Counted from the first letter of the stretch, positions 50,244 through 64,000 are shown. The stretch is DNA of 64,000 nt from Spironucleus salmonicida (GCF_000497125.1 NC_090601.1:434001-498000); one strand, 5' to 3'. The notes: generated from the sequence alone by a model not told the origin. A program made the numbers and translations.

Positions 50244-52589
50244 ATGTAGCTTCGAACTCCAAAAGGCGTTCGTTCTCAGACAAATTTCCCATCTGCATAG
50301 CAAAAGGCTAAAAAACATAATAATTAATGCCCTCCATTTTACCGTTAATTTTTGACGTGTCTTTATCGTCAATCTCTTTTTTTAACCAAGTCTCCTACTG
50401 CATATGGTGTAATCTTTATTGTTCCCATTTTCCTAGTTGGTTCTATGGCTATTATATAGTAGCTCATTTTTAGAAATTCAGAAATTGTTAACATTGCTCA
50501 AAAATAGAATTTAAATTTTGACAGAGTCATCCCTACAAAAATGCCTACTTGTGATACAGTTCCTTATGATTATTTACTGAAACCATGCGTTGATTTATCA
50601 TATTTCATCGATAGTAAGTTGGATACACATATGGTAGCAAATGCAACTAAAATGATTGAGATTTATGCTGAATTAGTAAATGCCACAAGATTAGTTAAAT
50701 ATGACAATTATACTTTATTTAAGTAAGGAATTTCAGATATTTCCAGAGGTACTGATACAATAGCTGCCTTTAGCTTAAGAAGAAATTTGGGTAAAGTATA
50801 GTATATACTTCACCATAGCTTAATGAGATATGGTGCTAAGTTAACTCCAGCTATGACATTTAGATTAGTTGATATGTAAACTGATTATTTAATTCCATTT
50901 TCTGAAAACTTATTTTCAGCATACCATAAAGCATATAACGGAGTCGAAGTACATCCCAAATTCACAGTTTAGGCCTGGCCAAATGAACCATACAATGGTT
51001 ATTAACCTATTACCTATTTTATTGGTATGCTTTCTACCTTGTCTATGACATCTGTATTATTATTGTTAACTACAATATTACTTGATGATTTATCTCATCC
51101 TTGTACGTCCTTATATGCATTTTTATCTGTATCAGTAGTTGCTAGAATCGCATCATGGTTCGTAATTTCATTACTTATTGCTACTGCTTAGCCATTTGTT
51201 CTGTATTGTATGGGAGTTTTATTCTCTATACCTTCTTATTCTGAGGTTGCATTTAAGTTAGGATTCTTACCTATTTTTGTACTTACTTTATCAATTATTC
51301 CAGTATCTCTATTAATTGCTATTTCAGTTACTCCTAATATCAGAAATCCATCATTACCTACTACATAACCTATCGTAACTGCGACATATATTATTGGTTT
51401 ATTGGCTATCTTGACCATGATTATTTTGGCTCCTCTTGCATCAACAGCAATTAAAGTAGCAGATGTGCATAGATCGTTATCAGAATTATAATCTCGTGAA
51501 ATACCATTTTCAATTGAATTTGTAGGATATTTCCTTAGACTTATTAATGTAGCTATCGGAGTAGCTCTATGTTCTTTAGGAGTTTCAGAGGGGTTTAGCG
51601 TTTAAGGAGTCGCATTTAATGAGTTAAGATGGCTAGGTATTGATTCCTTATGGATGATGTTATTAGCGTGTGGAATATTGGCTATTTAGCTTGACCTTAT
51701 TAAATTTACTAAAAAGAAATCTGAAATTGCTACTGATAATGTAATTGAAATAGAATAATTAACTAAGACATATAGTAAAACATGTACTGCTTTATCTGAT
51801 ATTAATTTCACTGTTTAAAAGGATGAAAAGATATTTATTTTGGGTAACGCTGCTGCTGGTAAGTCAACTTTATTACACGTTATTAATGGAATAGAAAGAA
51901 AATTCAAAGGTTCGCTCAAAAAAGATGGAGTCATTGGATTTGTTAGTTAATATAATACCTTATGGAATACTCTTACCGTTGAAAATCATATATAATTAGT
52001 TCTTTTGGTATCAGGTAAAAAATTTAGCGAAACTATTAAAGTTCTTTAGAAGGTAGGTCTTGAAGATTTTCCAAACCGTCTTTCAAAGGATCTTTCTTTT
52101 GGTATGAAAAGAAGACTTTGTTTAGGTATGGCACTTGCAGTTAACCCTGATATATTAATTCTTGATGAAGTTTCATCTGGTGTAGATCCTGTTTCTAAGA
52201 TGCTTATTCACAAAGTTGTGTAATCTTAAAAATGTGTTCTTATGGCTACGCATGATCTCCATGAAGCTGAAAAACTTTCTACTCGAATTATATTTATATC
52301 CAAAGGTTAGATCATTGAAGAAGGCAATATTGAATCATTATATACTAAAAATAATGTGAAATACACTTTAGAAATCTTTATTGAAGATAATACTGATATT
52401 TAACTTTTAGAGGAGAAATGCCAACGTACTATTAATGATTTAGGATTTGGTAGGTTCTCATGCGAAATTCAGAACCTCAATGAATACCAGCAGTGCAGCG
52501 AGAGGCTGAAGGGTCTGGAGGGCGTGGTTGACTGCAGGCTCAAGCCCCCGAGCATGGACCTGCTCTTCAAGCACCTTTGCGGCGAGTGA
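50244..52589 (+). CDS. ABCA-family half transporter, 781 aa
   Basis: TM1, exoplasmic loop and TM bundle; Walker A GNAAAGKST, signature LSFGMKRRL, Walker B LILDEVSSGVDP, H-loop ATHDL. Confidence 0.9.
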
Positions 52590-52755
52590 GGCTATTCGTT
52601 TTTATTCTTTCGTTTTGGCAGAATGTGGGATATATCCAGAAGTATGCTGACACGGCATATCAGTTCCCCTCGCGGTATACTTTATATGCGGTTGAAAAAA
52701 CTGTATACATTCAGTTCGGCATAGCCTAATACGCCAAATCCCGCAGTCTCCAGAA

Positions 52756-53030
52756 ATGGTGGTGCGGTCTTCCGCCTACGCCGGACAGGTCCGGTAACCG
52801 CTGGGCACGCACAGGCCGAAGCCGCACAACGATATTCGCATCACTCTAACATCCAGCGCCCTAGACGGCCTCACCAGGGACAACTCCCGGCGCGTCCTGA
52901 GGCACGCCCGCGAGGTGCACCGGCTCGACTTTGAGTCCAACTGGTATGCACATCCATCCGCAGCGACCTCACCCGGGCCACCAGCCTGCTCGAGGTGGAC
53001 CTCCCCGTCGATGCCTGGCGCGGCAAGTGA
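52756..53030 (+). CDS. Small hypothetical protein interrupted by a frame change (candidate 20-nt intron at 52944-52963, or a 1-nt indel)
   Basis: Two GC3-rich half-ORFs join in frame if GTATG...CAG is removed; ends AAG-TGA. Confidence 0.5.
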
Positions 53031-53035
53031 TTTTT

Positions 53036-53704
53036 TCAGCACCGGAACTCCTTCTCCAGCGCGGCAGCACCCGCATACTCCACCTGCACCGCGTTCCCGC
53101 TGCCACCGGCGACCCTGTCCCCCACCAGCATGCGGCAGATCGTCAGGAAGCCGCGGTACACCACCACCGCCACCGCGAGGTAGGAGGCCAGCGCGGCGTT
53201 GGAGGCACACTTCCCGTAGCGCGCGAAGACCTCGTACTGCCGCACGGAGAAGAGCAGGTAGGCCTGCGGGAGGCAGTTCGAGAGCGTCAGCAGCACGTCC
53301 GAGCGGTCGAAGCGCAGCAGGCCCAGCTTCTGCGCGAAGAAGGCCTTCCGCGTTATCACCATCAGGAACTGCCAGTTGATGAGCACGCCGATCACGATCA
53401 GGCTGCGGGCCTCCTGGCGCTTGGAGCTGTGCACCAGGCACGACTGGTGGAGGTGTAGGGCGTCGAGCAGGCAGATGACGTTACCGAAGTACTGCAGCAG
53501 GAGTGATAGTGCGTAAATAACCGGTATCGATTTTGCGAACGGGATCCGCTTCGCGTAGACAGCCAGCAGGGCCGCCGAGATTGCTAGCACCACGATCCCG
53601 GTAGTAAGATAACGAGTGCTCCACTTGAAGTCGCCGCTGTAGAAGAACCTGTCCGCCTTGCTCGGCCAGGGCGCGCGGTGGCGGTCCGCCTTCCAGCCAA
53701 TCAT
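53036..53704 (-). CDS. Multi-pass membrane protein, 222 aa
   Basis: Four to five hydrophobic segments; CTCCAAAGATG start context. Confidence 0.75.
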   Translation of the reverse strand: MIGWKADRHRAPWPSKADRFFYSGDFKWSTRYLTTGIVVLAISAALLAVYAKRIPFAKSIPVIYALSLLLQYFGNVICLLDALHLHQSCLVHSSKRQEARSLIVIGVLINWQFLMVITRKAFFAQKLGLLRFDRSDVLLTLSNCLPQAYLLFSVRQYEVFARYGKCASNAALASYLAVAVVVYRGFLTICRMLVGDRVAGGSGNAVQVEYAGAAALEKEFRC

Positions 53705-53870
53705 CTTTGGAGATTTTAATTTACACTAAATATAATAATAATTTATTATATATAGATTATTAATATTTATTTTTATTAAATATATTATATGTAATAAATG
53801 GCAATAAAATTTATACTCTTTTTTAAATAAATATTACGATATAATATAAACAAAGAAAAATTCTCTACAA

Positions 53871-54230
53871 ATGGATACTATTCTGCCACCAGATGCCGAC
53901 CCAGCAATGGTCTTAAATCCTACTAATTCTTAAAACCCCTATGAGAATGCAGCTTAGTAACTTACAACTCCAGAATTATCAACGTATGCCCCTGCGTAAA
54001 GTCCTCCATAGCCTGCTTTATTATAATCTTAAGTCTAAAATTAATAACAGCCCTAACAAGCGTAACCAGTATAGCCATAAGTTATAATGGTATAACCTGT
54101 TTCTAATCAAACTTAAAAATAAGATGGATGCTGTGCATGCTTAATGGGAGCATGTGCATGTCTAGCTTGCTTTAATCAGCTCTGTTTTGCGTTAAGAAAC
54201 ATTATGTGGTGTTTGTCTTGTTGCTTCTGA
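53871..54230 (+). CDS. CYSTM-like protein (Pro/Gln-rich with Cys-rich C-terminal anchor), 119 aa
   Basis: QQQPQQAQPVQPQ tract encoded largely by TAA/TAG; ends DGCCACLMGACACLAC...WCLSCCF. Confidence 0.75.
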
Positions 54231-55048
54231 ATGATGATATTTTGAATTTTTGGATATACATAATAATAAAGATACATCATCTATATCATATAACAGAACC
54301 TAATTTAGATTGACGTAGACTTTTTATAATATGCTGAAATTATTCGTACGTACGCATTAGATTATAATGAACATAGAATAAATATATAACTTTCACTTAT
54401 TATAATTAATAAAATTAAGTAAATTTCTACAGAACAAAGATCCATAAAATATAAATTTGTAGATAATAATCATGCACAATAATTGGATATATGGATATGA
54501 TAATTATTAATCTGGAGATTTAGTTAAGAATCACAAACAAATAACAATCTGAAATATTTATAAGCATATTATTTAATATTATTCCTAATTGTAGATTTTA
54601 GTATAGATTCAAAATGTAAATAGAGAACATTTATTCTAACTTAATATCATATTTATACTATTTACAATAAAGTAAGCCAACATTTAATAAATGAACGATG
54701 AATAACCTAAACACGAACTTTATGATACTAGTTATCAATCAGGCTTATTTACATAATTGTTAACACCTTCTTACACGTTTATTAATGATTAAAATACTCA
54801 GGTATTTAAGTTTACGAATTTAATTTTTTAAATAATCCTATTTGTATTTTCATTTATTGGACTTGACAAACTTGTGGATAAATAATTCTAAAAATTTCTG
54901 GTATAACGCTCAAATGTTTACTTTGAACACTATGTTCTCTAATGATATGCTTTTATTTTTATGTTTTCCACAAAATCAATAATGAATCATAGAAGTAAGT
55001 AATAAATATTATAGATTATATAATAACTACACTAACTCAATTTAAACC

Positions 55049-55327
55049 TCACTTCAATCCATTTTTACCTTTTAAGTATTAATCAGGCCTAAACAGTCCT
55101 TCTTCAAGGTCTTCTAAATTTATATCAGTCAAAATACGAGGATGATACATATGTTTTTAAGGGCCAATAATTGCAACTCTTTAATCCTTGTTTTTGTCTT
55201 CTGCAGGAGGTGTATATACTATATCGTTCTTATTGTTAAATCTTTGCTTGCACTTATGTTCAGTGATAATAGTATCTCTCCAGATCATGTCTTAGTGAAC
55301 TGCGTTTTTGATATTAGGTTCAGGCAT
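55049..55327 (-). CDS. Small protein, 92 aa, possibly a ciliary microtubule inner protein (FAM183/C20orf85-like N-terminus)
   Basis: NAVHQDMIWRDTIITE; ends AAG-TGA. Confidence 0.55.
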
Positions 55328-55410
55328 TTAAATGCGGAAATAAATATATAATTTTTAAATATAATAACTTATTATTATAATTTAGAATGTAATATTAAAA
55401 TTAATATATT

Positions 55411-55752
55411 TCAATCTTTTGTGGTCCCTCTCAGACCCCAGTTTTGACCGCTAATTTCATTGAAAACAACGTAAATACGATCTTTACCGATACCCATTTC
55501 AGCATCGAAAACGCTGCAAATAACACCCATGGTGAGCTTATTTTTCTCAGGTGAAATAGAAGATATTGCATTCAAAATAATACCTGCGCATGGAGCTGCG
55601 CTACCTGACAGCGACATTTCTGCAATCTTGAAGGAAGTCATGTACCTCTCCACAGCAACGTCAGTAGCTTTGGAAACTGCGTTGGTAATCTTATCTACGA
55701 ATGCTTTTTGGTCTTTTGGCTATATGTTAGATTCAATTTGTATATATGGCAT
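55411..55752 (-). CDS. MIF: Macrophage migration inhibitory factor / tautomerase family, 113 aa
   Basis: MPYIQIESN start with Pro2; DRIYVVF and NWG near the C-terminus; canonical length. Confidence 0.9.
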
Positions 55753-56030
55753 TGGATAGGAAGGGAGATTTGGAGAAGATGATAAAAGATTATTATACAT
55801 AATAATCTTTTATTTGAAACTTAGTATATAGTAGTGAATCGTTAAATGAAAAGATCTTATTAGAAGCGATAAATTGAATTAAAATTCATTTTTTTAAATA
55901 ATATATAAAATAATTGACTAAAATATGTATTATTATCAATCGTTGATTTCCTGTTTTTAACATTTATTTCAAACTTAAAAATATAAAACCTATTACACCA
56001 AATAAGCAGCTCCCCAATATAGAAGCCTCC

Positions 56031-58400
56031 ATGAAGTCGTAAAAGCAGGACAACCCCCAGTTCAAGATCCACAGCATCATCGACCGGTACCCCGTGGACG
56101 ACCTGAACCTCTTTCGAGATGCCGCAGCGCTCTTCGAGTTCAGCCCCCAGAGCTTCGAGCAGTTTGACGAAAAGTTCGACGTCCTGCTGAAGGTGTGCGA
56201 GTTTCGCGTCGAAACCGAGAAGCGCGAAAACCCGCCCCAGGGAGCGGACATGGAGACCTTCGAGCACTACTACGACCTGAGCAAGCAGGAAGACCCCAAA
56301 CAGTACATGTCCGCGCGGAAGGCCGGTGTGATTCCCGACAGGCTCAAGAACAAGATTCTGGGCGTCAAGCGGAATGAGCAGCCGGTGGACAGCTTCAACA
56401 GGCAGGTGAAGGAGATGCTGAACAAGTACAGCATGAACCAGTTCGAGCTCATGCGCAAGAGTGCGGCGGAGCTGCTCGACGGGCTCAAGCTCGCCGACTT
56501 CGAGGAGTGCCTGACCGGTATGCTCGTGCAGCTGTACGACAAGGCGGCGCTGGAGCACAAGTTCATTAACCTCTACGGGCGGCTCATTCACTACGTGGTG
56601 CTTCAGCACAAGCATGCCCACTCGGTAAGCGCGCTCGACGTCTTCGAAAAGACGGTCAAGGCGAACATAGCCAAGGAGATCGAGACCTACAAGACCCCGC
56701 TCTCCCAGTACAGGCCACCGCCCAAGGCCGACCCGCAGGCCATCATGCAGTTCAACAGCAACTACGACCTCCACTTCAAGGGGTGCGCTCTGCTCATCGC
56801 GCAGCTCTACCTGCTGAGCAGCAACCTGTGCAGCAAGGACTTCGTGACCGATTCGCTCGTCAAGGTGCTTCTCCGCGACCTGAGAAAGGACACGCAGGAC
56901 AAGCTGGTGCTGAGTAAACTCGCCGCGGCCACTGAGGCTACCTTTGAGGGCGTGAAGGCGGATATCGTTAAAACGCTGCTCTCCAAGACCACGCGCGAGA
57001 AGTCCGAGTACCTGGTGCTCTCCATCCTTATCTTCGACCAGGTAAATAAGGCCGTGCACAAAGACTCCCCGGAACTCATGTCCCGCCTGCGCATCGAGGC
57101 GTACCGGGCGTACATCCAGCAGCTGAACACCGACATCGTGGACTCCCTGGTCATTTACAAAATCAAGTGCTGCCTAGATACCAGTGTTGACACCAAGGTG
57201 GTTCAGAGCAACCGCCAAAAGATTAGCATGGAGAAGCAGCCCTTTTCAGAGATTTTGCAAATTTGGAACACTTGTGGCCTCCTTCATGTAGTGAAGGGCA
57301 TGCTCAATGTCAGCACCGACGAGCAGATCGTTGATAGGATCGAGAACAGCCAATGCTTCGCCGTTTTCATACAGAAGGTGTTCGAGAATAACCAGCAGGC
57401 GAAGCTCCTGAAGGACAAGTTCCAGCTCCTGCAGAAGATCAAGTGCTCGAAGGGTGCGGAGAAATATGTGCTCGAGCAGATCCTGACGGCCTTCGCCGAT
57501 AGCTACAATAGCACCAATAGCAACGAGGCCCTTTTCGACATGGCCATAGATTTCTGTCTGAAAACTGAGTTCTACGTGTACAGCCTGTTCAACGCAGCCA
57601 ACTCCCGCGAGTTCATTTTCAGCTTCATTCATTTTGTCATCGCGAAGGCCTATCTGCAGGTCTTCGAGGAGTACGACGGCGTGTTTTCCGATAGCGAGGT
57701 GGAGGCAGCGAAGAGGGATATCGCGAATAAAAGTTACTTCGCCATCCACGGCATGACGGATATCTACAAAATCTTCGCACAGCAGTCCTACTCGTACTTT
57801 AACCAGCCCGACTTCCCCGCCTTTGCGAGCAAGTGCACGACCAAGTTTGAGGACGACGCTATCGCTTTCTTCGAGGTCATCTTCGTCGGGAAGACCGGCT
57901 TCCAGGATAAACAGAAGGGTATTCTGGCCGAAAAGATGAAAGAATTAGTTCAGCTGTTCTCCGCGTGGGATGACATCAAGAGCGTGGTCGGGCTGTTCAA
58001 GATGATCTTCCAGGAGTCCCAGTTCTCCATAGGCTTCTGCGCGTTCGACATGTTTGGATACAACAACCACGCCTCGCTTGGCGCGAGGGCATACTTCTAC
58101 GCGCAGAGAAAGCTGCTGATAGACATCGAGAAGCAGGACAAGATGTTGGACTTCAACAACAGCCTGAAGGAGAACCAGCCGCCGATCAAGTCCTACTTCC
58201 CCTCCATCGCCCTGTTCGTGCTTGAGAGCGTGTACGAGATAACCAAGAACTGCCAAAACTCCCAGCAGAAGATGCTCTACCTGCTGAACTCCCTCAACAA
58301 GGTGGGCGGGTTTAACAAGGCCGCCGCGAACGCCCTTATTCTGAAGATGAACAGCAAGAACGAAAAGTGGGGCATTTACAAGCTTCAGGAGTTCAAGTGA
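56031..58400 (+). CDS. MIF4G protein, copy B, lacking the first 27 aa (789 aa)
   Basis: Starts at an internal Met 8 nt inside the repeat edge; frame intact. Confidence 0.72.
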
Positions 58401-58431
58401 GGGGGATGTTATGTTCACGCAATATTGCCGT

Positions 58432-59913
58432 TCAGCTTATGCTGAACTGCTCCTCGTCTACGTCGCTGTACTTCTCCCCTAGAAACAGCAAACACAGGCC
58501 GAAGCAAACGGCAGAAATGAGTAAATTGACTTACCACGTAATGGTCTGCTAGTAAATCTGGACCGAGTAGAGAAACTGTGTCTTGCCGGCGTTGTGCTCG
58601 TTTTCCATAAACAGGAAGAAGTCCACGGTTTGGCCGGTAAACTGCTTGTAGTCCTAGAATTTCCAGCGGTACACATACAGCTCCGACGCCTCTAGGCGGG
58701 CCTTCAGCATCGGGCGCCCTGGAATATGAATCTCCGCCTCTATGTCCAGGCCCATGTTGGCATTGAACACAAAGTAGAAGTAGCCGCCGCGGAAGTAGTT
58801 CGCCACGTCGATTCTATTCTCGAAGCTGTTAATCGTGTTGTTGTAGCTTACCTTTCGAAAAAGGATATTGGTCTCGTTGTTCCGCAGAAATAGGGTAATC
58901 GGAAACTCTCTCAGGGTGTTTTGCTGGACGATCTCATTCGCCTTCATGATATTCATGCTGCACAGAGAGTAGCTGTTGTAAGTGGTCTCGACTGCGCACG
59001 ATGTTGAGTATCCCATGGAAATGCCATCGGCCTGCAATACGAAAAAATACTCGTCGATCTGAATCTACATTTCGACTTTGTTAATATAACTTGGCAGGAA
59101 ATCCTCATAAAATAGTAACAACAAAGCTTTGACTTCGTCATAGTCCAGTGCTATTTCGGATATTACCTCCGCGTGCTGCACCGAGTCCACGTAGACATTA
59201 TGGTATCGCTGAATGGTCTCGAAGTTATTTATAGCAAAGTGCACTGTTATGTTTGCGGAGTTGGACTTGAGTTAGAATTTATCCCGCAGCATCTAGAAGC
59301 ATTGTAGGTTGTTGCCGCAGCAATTGAAGAAGGCCTGCTCTACCTAGCTAGGATCGTACTTTCCAGCGACGCTGCAGTTGATACTCTTGCGACTGGTTTG
59401 GTTTAGCTAGTCCCGGGAGTACATTAGATGCGAATAGTTACCGTCATCTGTGCGAAAGTGCACTGTAAACTTCATTAGTGCGATCACGTCCTTGCACTGG
59501 TTGTCGTCGTAAAGGAGGGCTATCACGCCATCTTTGATGTCGATTCCAAGCCGTGCTAGTTTGATGCAGGTCTGGACTGTGTCGTCCACGACTTTTATTT
59601 TCTCAATCAACAGCGGCGTCCCAAACACTTCGAACTGCAGCAAGGCGTAGTTAATACTGGATACATAGTGGTTGCGCAGGTCAAATACCAGAGTTTATAC
59701 GGTATCAGAGTCGGAGTGTGCTATTGTGAATACGAAGCGATGCCCAACCGTAAGTTTAATCGCAATCTCCTTAGACGACTGGTTTTTGTTACAGATCAGC
59801 ACATCTATTTGTGCATGGTTCTGCGAAATCACCAGCGGGGACATGATTCGATGAAAGTAGCAGAGCATCAGCATTTAAACATTTAGTGCATTCATTATAA
59901 ATACGTTAGTCAT
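58432..59913 (-). CDS. Type I membrane protein, copy B of 36379-37860
   Basis: Inverted copy; frame intact. Confidence 0.75.
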
Positions 59914-59965
59914 GGAAATACTTTTCCAGAAAAACCGAAATGTAGAAGGTATTCTTTAGTATTAA

Positions 59966-60880
59966 TCATAGGTCGCAGGCATCGCGCCTCGGCTGTTTGA
60001 TCCCAACTGTTCCCAAACGCTACTATCGGAACGACGTGTCCAGCTCCACTGTCCCAGGCATGGCCAGCGCGCGCTCAGAGCTAAAAACCACGAGGTCCCC
60101 CCTGAAGTTGAGCTGCTAGATGCGGTTTAAGGTATCATGGAGCAGGCGGTCCTCTCGATACTCCACCACTATGAGGTTAACGTCCTGCAATGTGGAGATT
60201 TCCAGCACCAAGTCCTCGCAGACGAGCGTGTGAGCATGGTTCGAAAAGTACCGCTAGAGGGCCAGCGCACGTGTTCTCGGGCTCATGGCCGAGGTGAAGC
60301 ACTCGCTGAGAACGCAGCGCTTCTTGAAGGCAAAGTGCACGGTAACTGCATCCGAGACTATAATAACCTACCGCCTTGCACTGTACACAGTGCGTATCTT
60401 ATGCAGCAGCGTGAATACTAAAGCTGGGCTCTGTAGGCGGTAATAGTAGATCCGGCTAGTCTCGGACTGGTGGCCTAGCCTGATTGCATTCGATGCACCA
60501 CCTGTCGAAGTAAACGATATAAATACAGCATTGGTGGTCTGGTGCAGGTCTTCGCGCCCGATTACGCCGTTGATCGCAAAAATGGCAGTCACGTGTTTCA
60601 TCCGCAGGAAAAGCCTCCGCTCCTAGAACAAGAAGCTCTCCTTGGACAGAGAAACGACTGCAGCCTCCTTCGGTGCCTTTTGGACGCTCTGAGTCACCCT
60701 CAGCGCCCCTGCGATGTCAATGTCATCGCAGAGTACGACGAGCTGCAATGTGGCCGACGGGCCAGCAAACTCACAAATCAGCTGCTCAATAAGCACAACT
60801 GCAGCTGCAACATCAATGCTAACGGTGCAGCTGACTCCGTTCGAGATGCCCAGGCTAAGCTGCTGGTGCAAGCTTTCCAT
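59966..60880 (-). CDS. Hypothetical protein, copy B of 35412-36326
   Basis: Inverted copy; frame intact. Confidence 0.65.
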
Positions 60881-60922
60881 TTCGTGCGTATATTTATTAT
60901 ACGCATACCAACTTCCTCCAAA

Positions 60923-61576
60923 ATGCTAAATTCGACCAATCTACAGCTCCTGAACCAGACCCAGCGCGAGCTGCTCGAGGAGCTGGACCAGGAGAACAGG
61001 CAGCTCAAGTAGCAGCTAAAGCAGCAAGGCCAGCTGATGCACCAGGTTCAAAACGTTCTAACGCGATACGGCGCCACTCAGGGTCTCAGCCTCACAGACC
61101 AGATTGAGATTCTGATGACGCAGCACCAGCAGCGGGAAATTCAGCTAAAGTAGAAGGCGGTAAAGGCCATAACCGAGCTCGCGGAGCACGATAAGTTCGC
61201 GATGCTGGCTATTTAGCGGAAGAGCGACGCCGAGATGAAAGTATTGAGGCAGACGGTCTTTGAGGCCGAGTCCCGAGTCACTAGCGCGCAGACAGTGAAG
61301 AAGTACAAAGAGCTGAGCCAGGCTGGCGCGCTGTCCGAGGTGGAGCGGCAGGTGGCGCAGCAGATTCAGATGGCGAAGATGGATAACAGGCAGCTGGTCC
61401 AGCTGGGGAGTGAGAAGCTCGACATACAAAACCAGGCGCTGGATTTGAAGATTAGGGACTAAAAGGATGGCCTGGGCAGGATTTACAAGGAGGATGTGGT
61501 GATGAAGTTTCTGGAGGAGGACATCAGCGAGGAGGACATGGCCCGAAAGCTGATACTGAACGGCGACGTATTCTGA
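60923..61576 (+). CDS. Coiled-coil protein, copy B of 34716-35369
   Basis: Inverted copy; frame intact. Confidence 0.75.
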
Positions 61577-61750
61577 GGTGGTCGCTGGTGCACTGCGGCG
61601 GTATATGGAGCGGATAGCGGTGCGACCTTTTAAGGTACCGGAGGTAAATTTGAATCAGAGGTCGCAGTTATCGGGCCTAGTGCATCTAAGGTATCCTGGT
61701 AGTCTCGTGCAGCAGTGAAACGGTAATCATGTCAGTAAAACACCCCTCGC

Positions 61751-62152
61751 TCACTCGTCCAGCATGGCCAGCTGCAGCGCCTTCTTCTTCGCTGCCAGGT
61801 TCAATATCATCGCCGGGGCGCCAGGAACGTCGAAATGGGACCAGAAGCGGACGCTCTCACCGTCCTAAACAAAAATATGACCGTTCAAGTTCTCCTCGCA
61901 GTACTAGATGACCGCCCGCTTACCGTCTAGTTGGGAGGCAACGGTAATCAGCCTGAGCTCCACGGTATGCCGTCCTGACAAGCTCAGCGTATTCAGCTTA
62001 ACGCCTTCTGACACGTCTTTCGTTTCAAACTTATCCAGCTTGAAATTCTCCTGGTTGTACATGGGCATGCAGCTAACATTGTCAAGAAACTTGTCCACAC
62101 CAACCTTTGGCGTGTAGATCGCATACACACCGCTGAACCTAGAATTTGTAAC
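61751..62152 (-). pseudogene. 5'-truncated duplicate of the 34050-34541 gene
   Basis: Lacks the first 30 codons; no in-frame ATG in the new flank before a TGA. Confidence 0.7.
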
Positions 62153-62223
62153 CTAGAGAGCAATAAAATTTACTATTATTTAAAATTTAACTTGTATTAT
62201 AAGCAAATAATTAAAATAAATGA

Positions 62224-63702
<1,479 letters not shown>

Positions 63703-64000
63703 TAGGTCAATGGAAAGATAATTTGAAGTTATATTTTTATTATTATACATAAATTAAAATATTATTTACAATCAATAACTTTTAAGAATCAGTTTTAACT
63801 CTCTGGTTTTAGAAAAAATCATATAGTCTTAATAATTTTTTAGAATATATTGTTAAACAATCGTTTCTATGTTTAATTTTATTGTATTTTATTAAAATTG
63901 CCCTGTTATATGAAAATATGCGTTATTATATAATTATTGTAATATATTTAATGAATATATTTAGATAAAGTTTGTATATTATATTGTTAATTATAACTAA

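Larger units (their letters stand above)
56023..62152. repeat. Segmental duplication R3, copy B
   Basis: Inverted match to 34140-40269. Confidence 0.97.

Overview
Gene-dense, essentially intron-free eukaryotic DNA that uses the non-standard code TAA/TAG = Gln with TGA as the only stop (translation table 6). Many genes end in AG-TGA and have C-rich tracts before the ATG. Together this fits a hexamitid diplomonad (Spironucleus/Hexamita/Trepomonas group); that assignment is an inference. The supplied standard-code ORF track therefore fragments most genes, so I re-translated them by hand. About 38 distinct genes are present, including a PMCA Ca2+-ATPase, DDX55/Spb4 helicase, DNAAF1, CCDC39, katanin p60, an RFC small subunit, deoxyhypusine synthase, PPAT, cytochrome b5, MIF, an ABCA transporter, a BPI/LBP-like protein, a processive GT2 synthase and a MIF4G protein. 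Three near-identical segmental duplications cover about 27 kb: inverted 4482-7378/17492-20388, direct 7507-11942/21414-25849 and inverted 34140-40269/56023-62152. Their edges cut through genes, and in DNAAF1 and the 34050 gene the AT-to-GC switch sits at the repeat edge. This suggests GC-biased gene conversion between copies. Other leads are a candidate eIF4G, a candidate cyst-wall polysaccharide synthase, a possible 20-nt intron and two structured ncRNA candidates.
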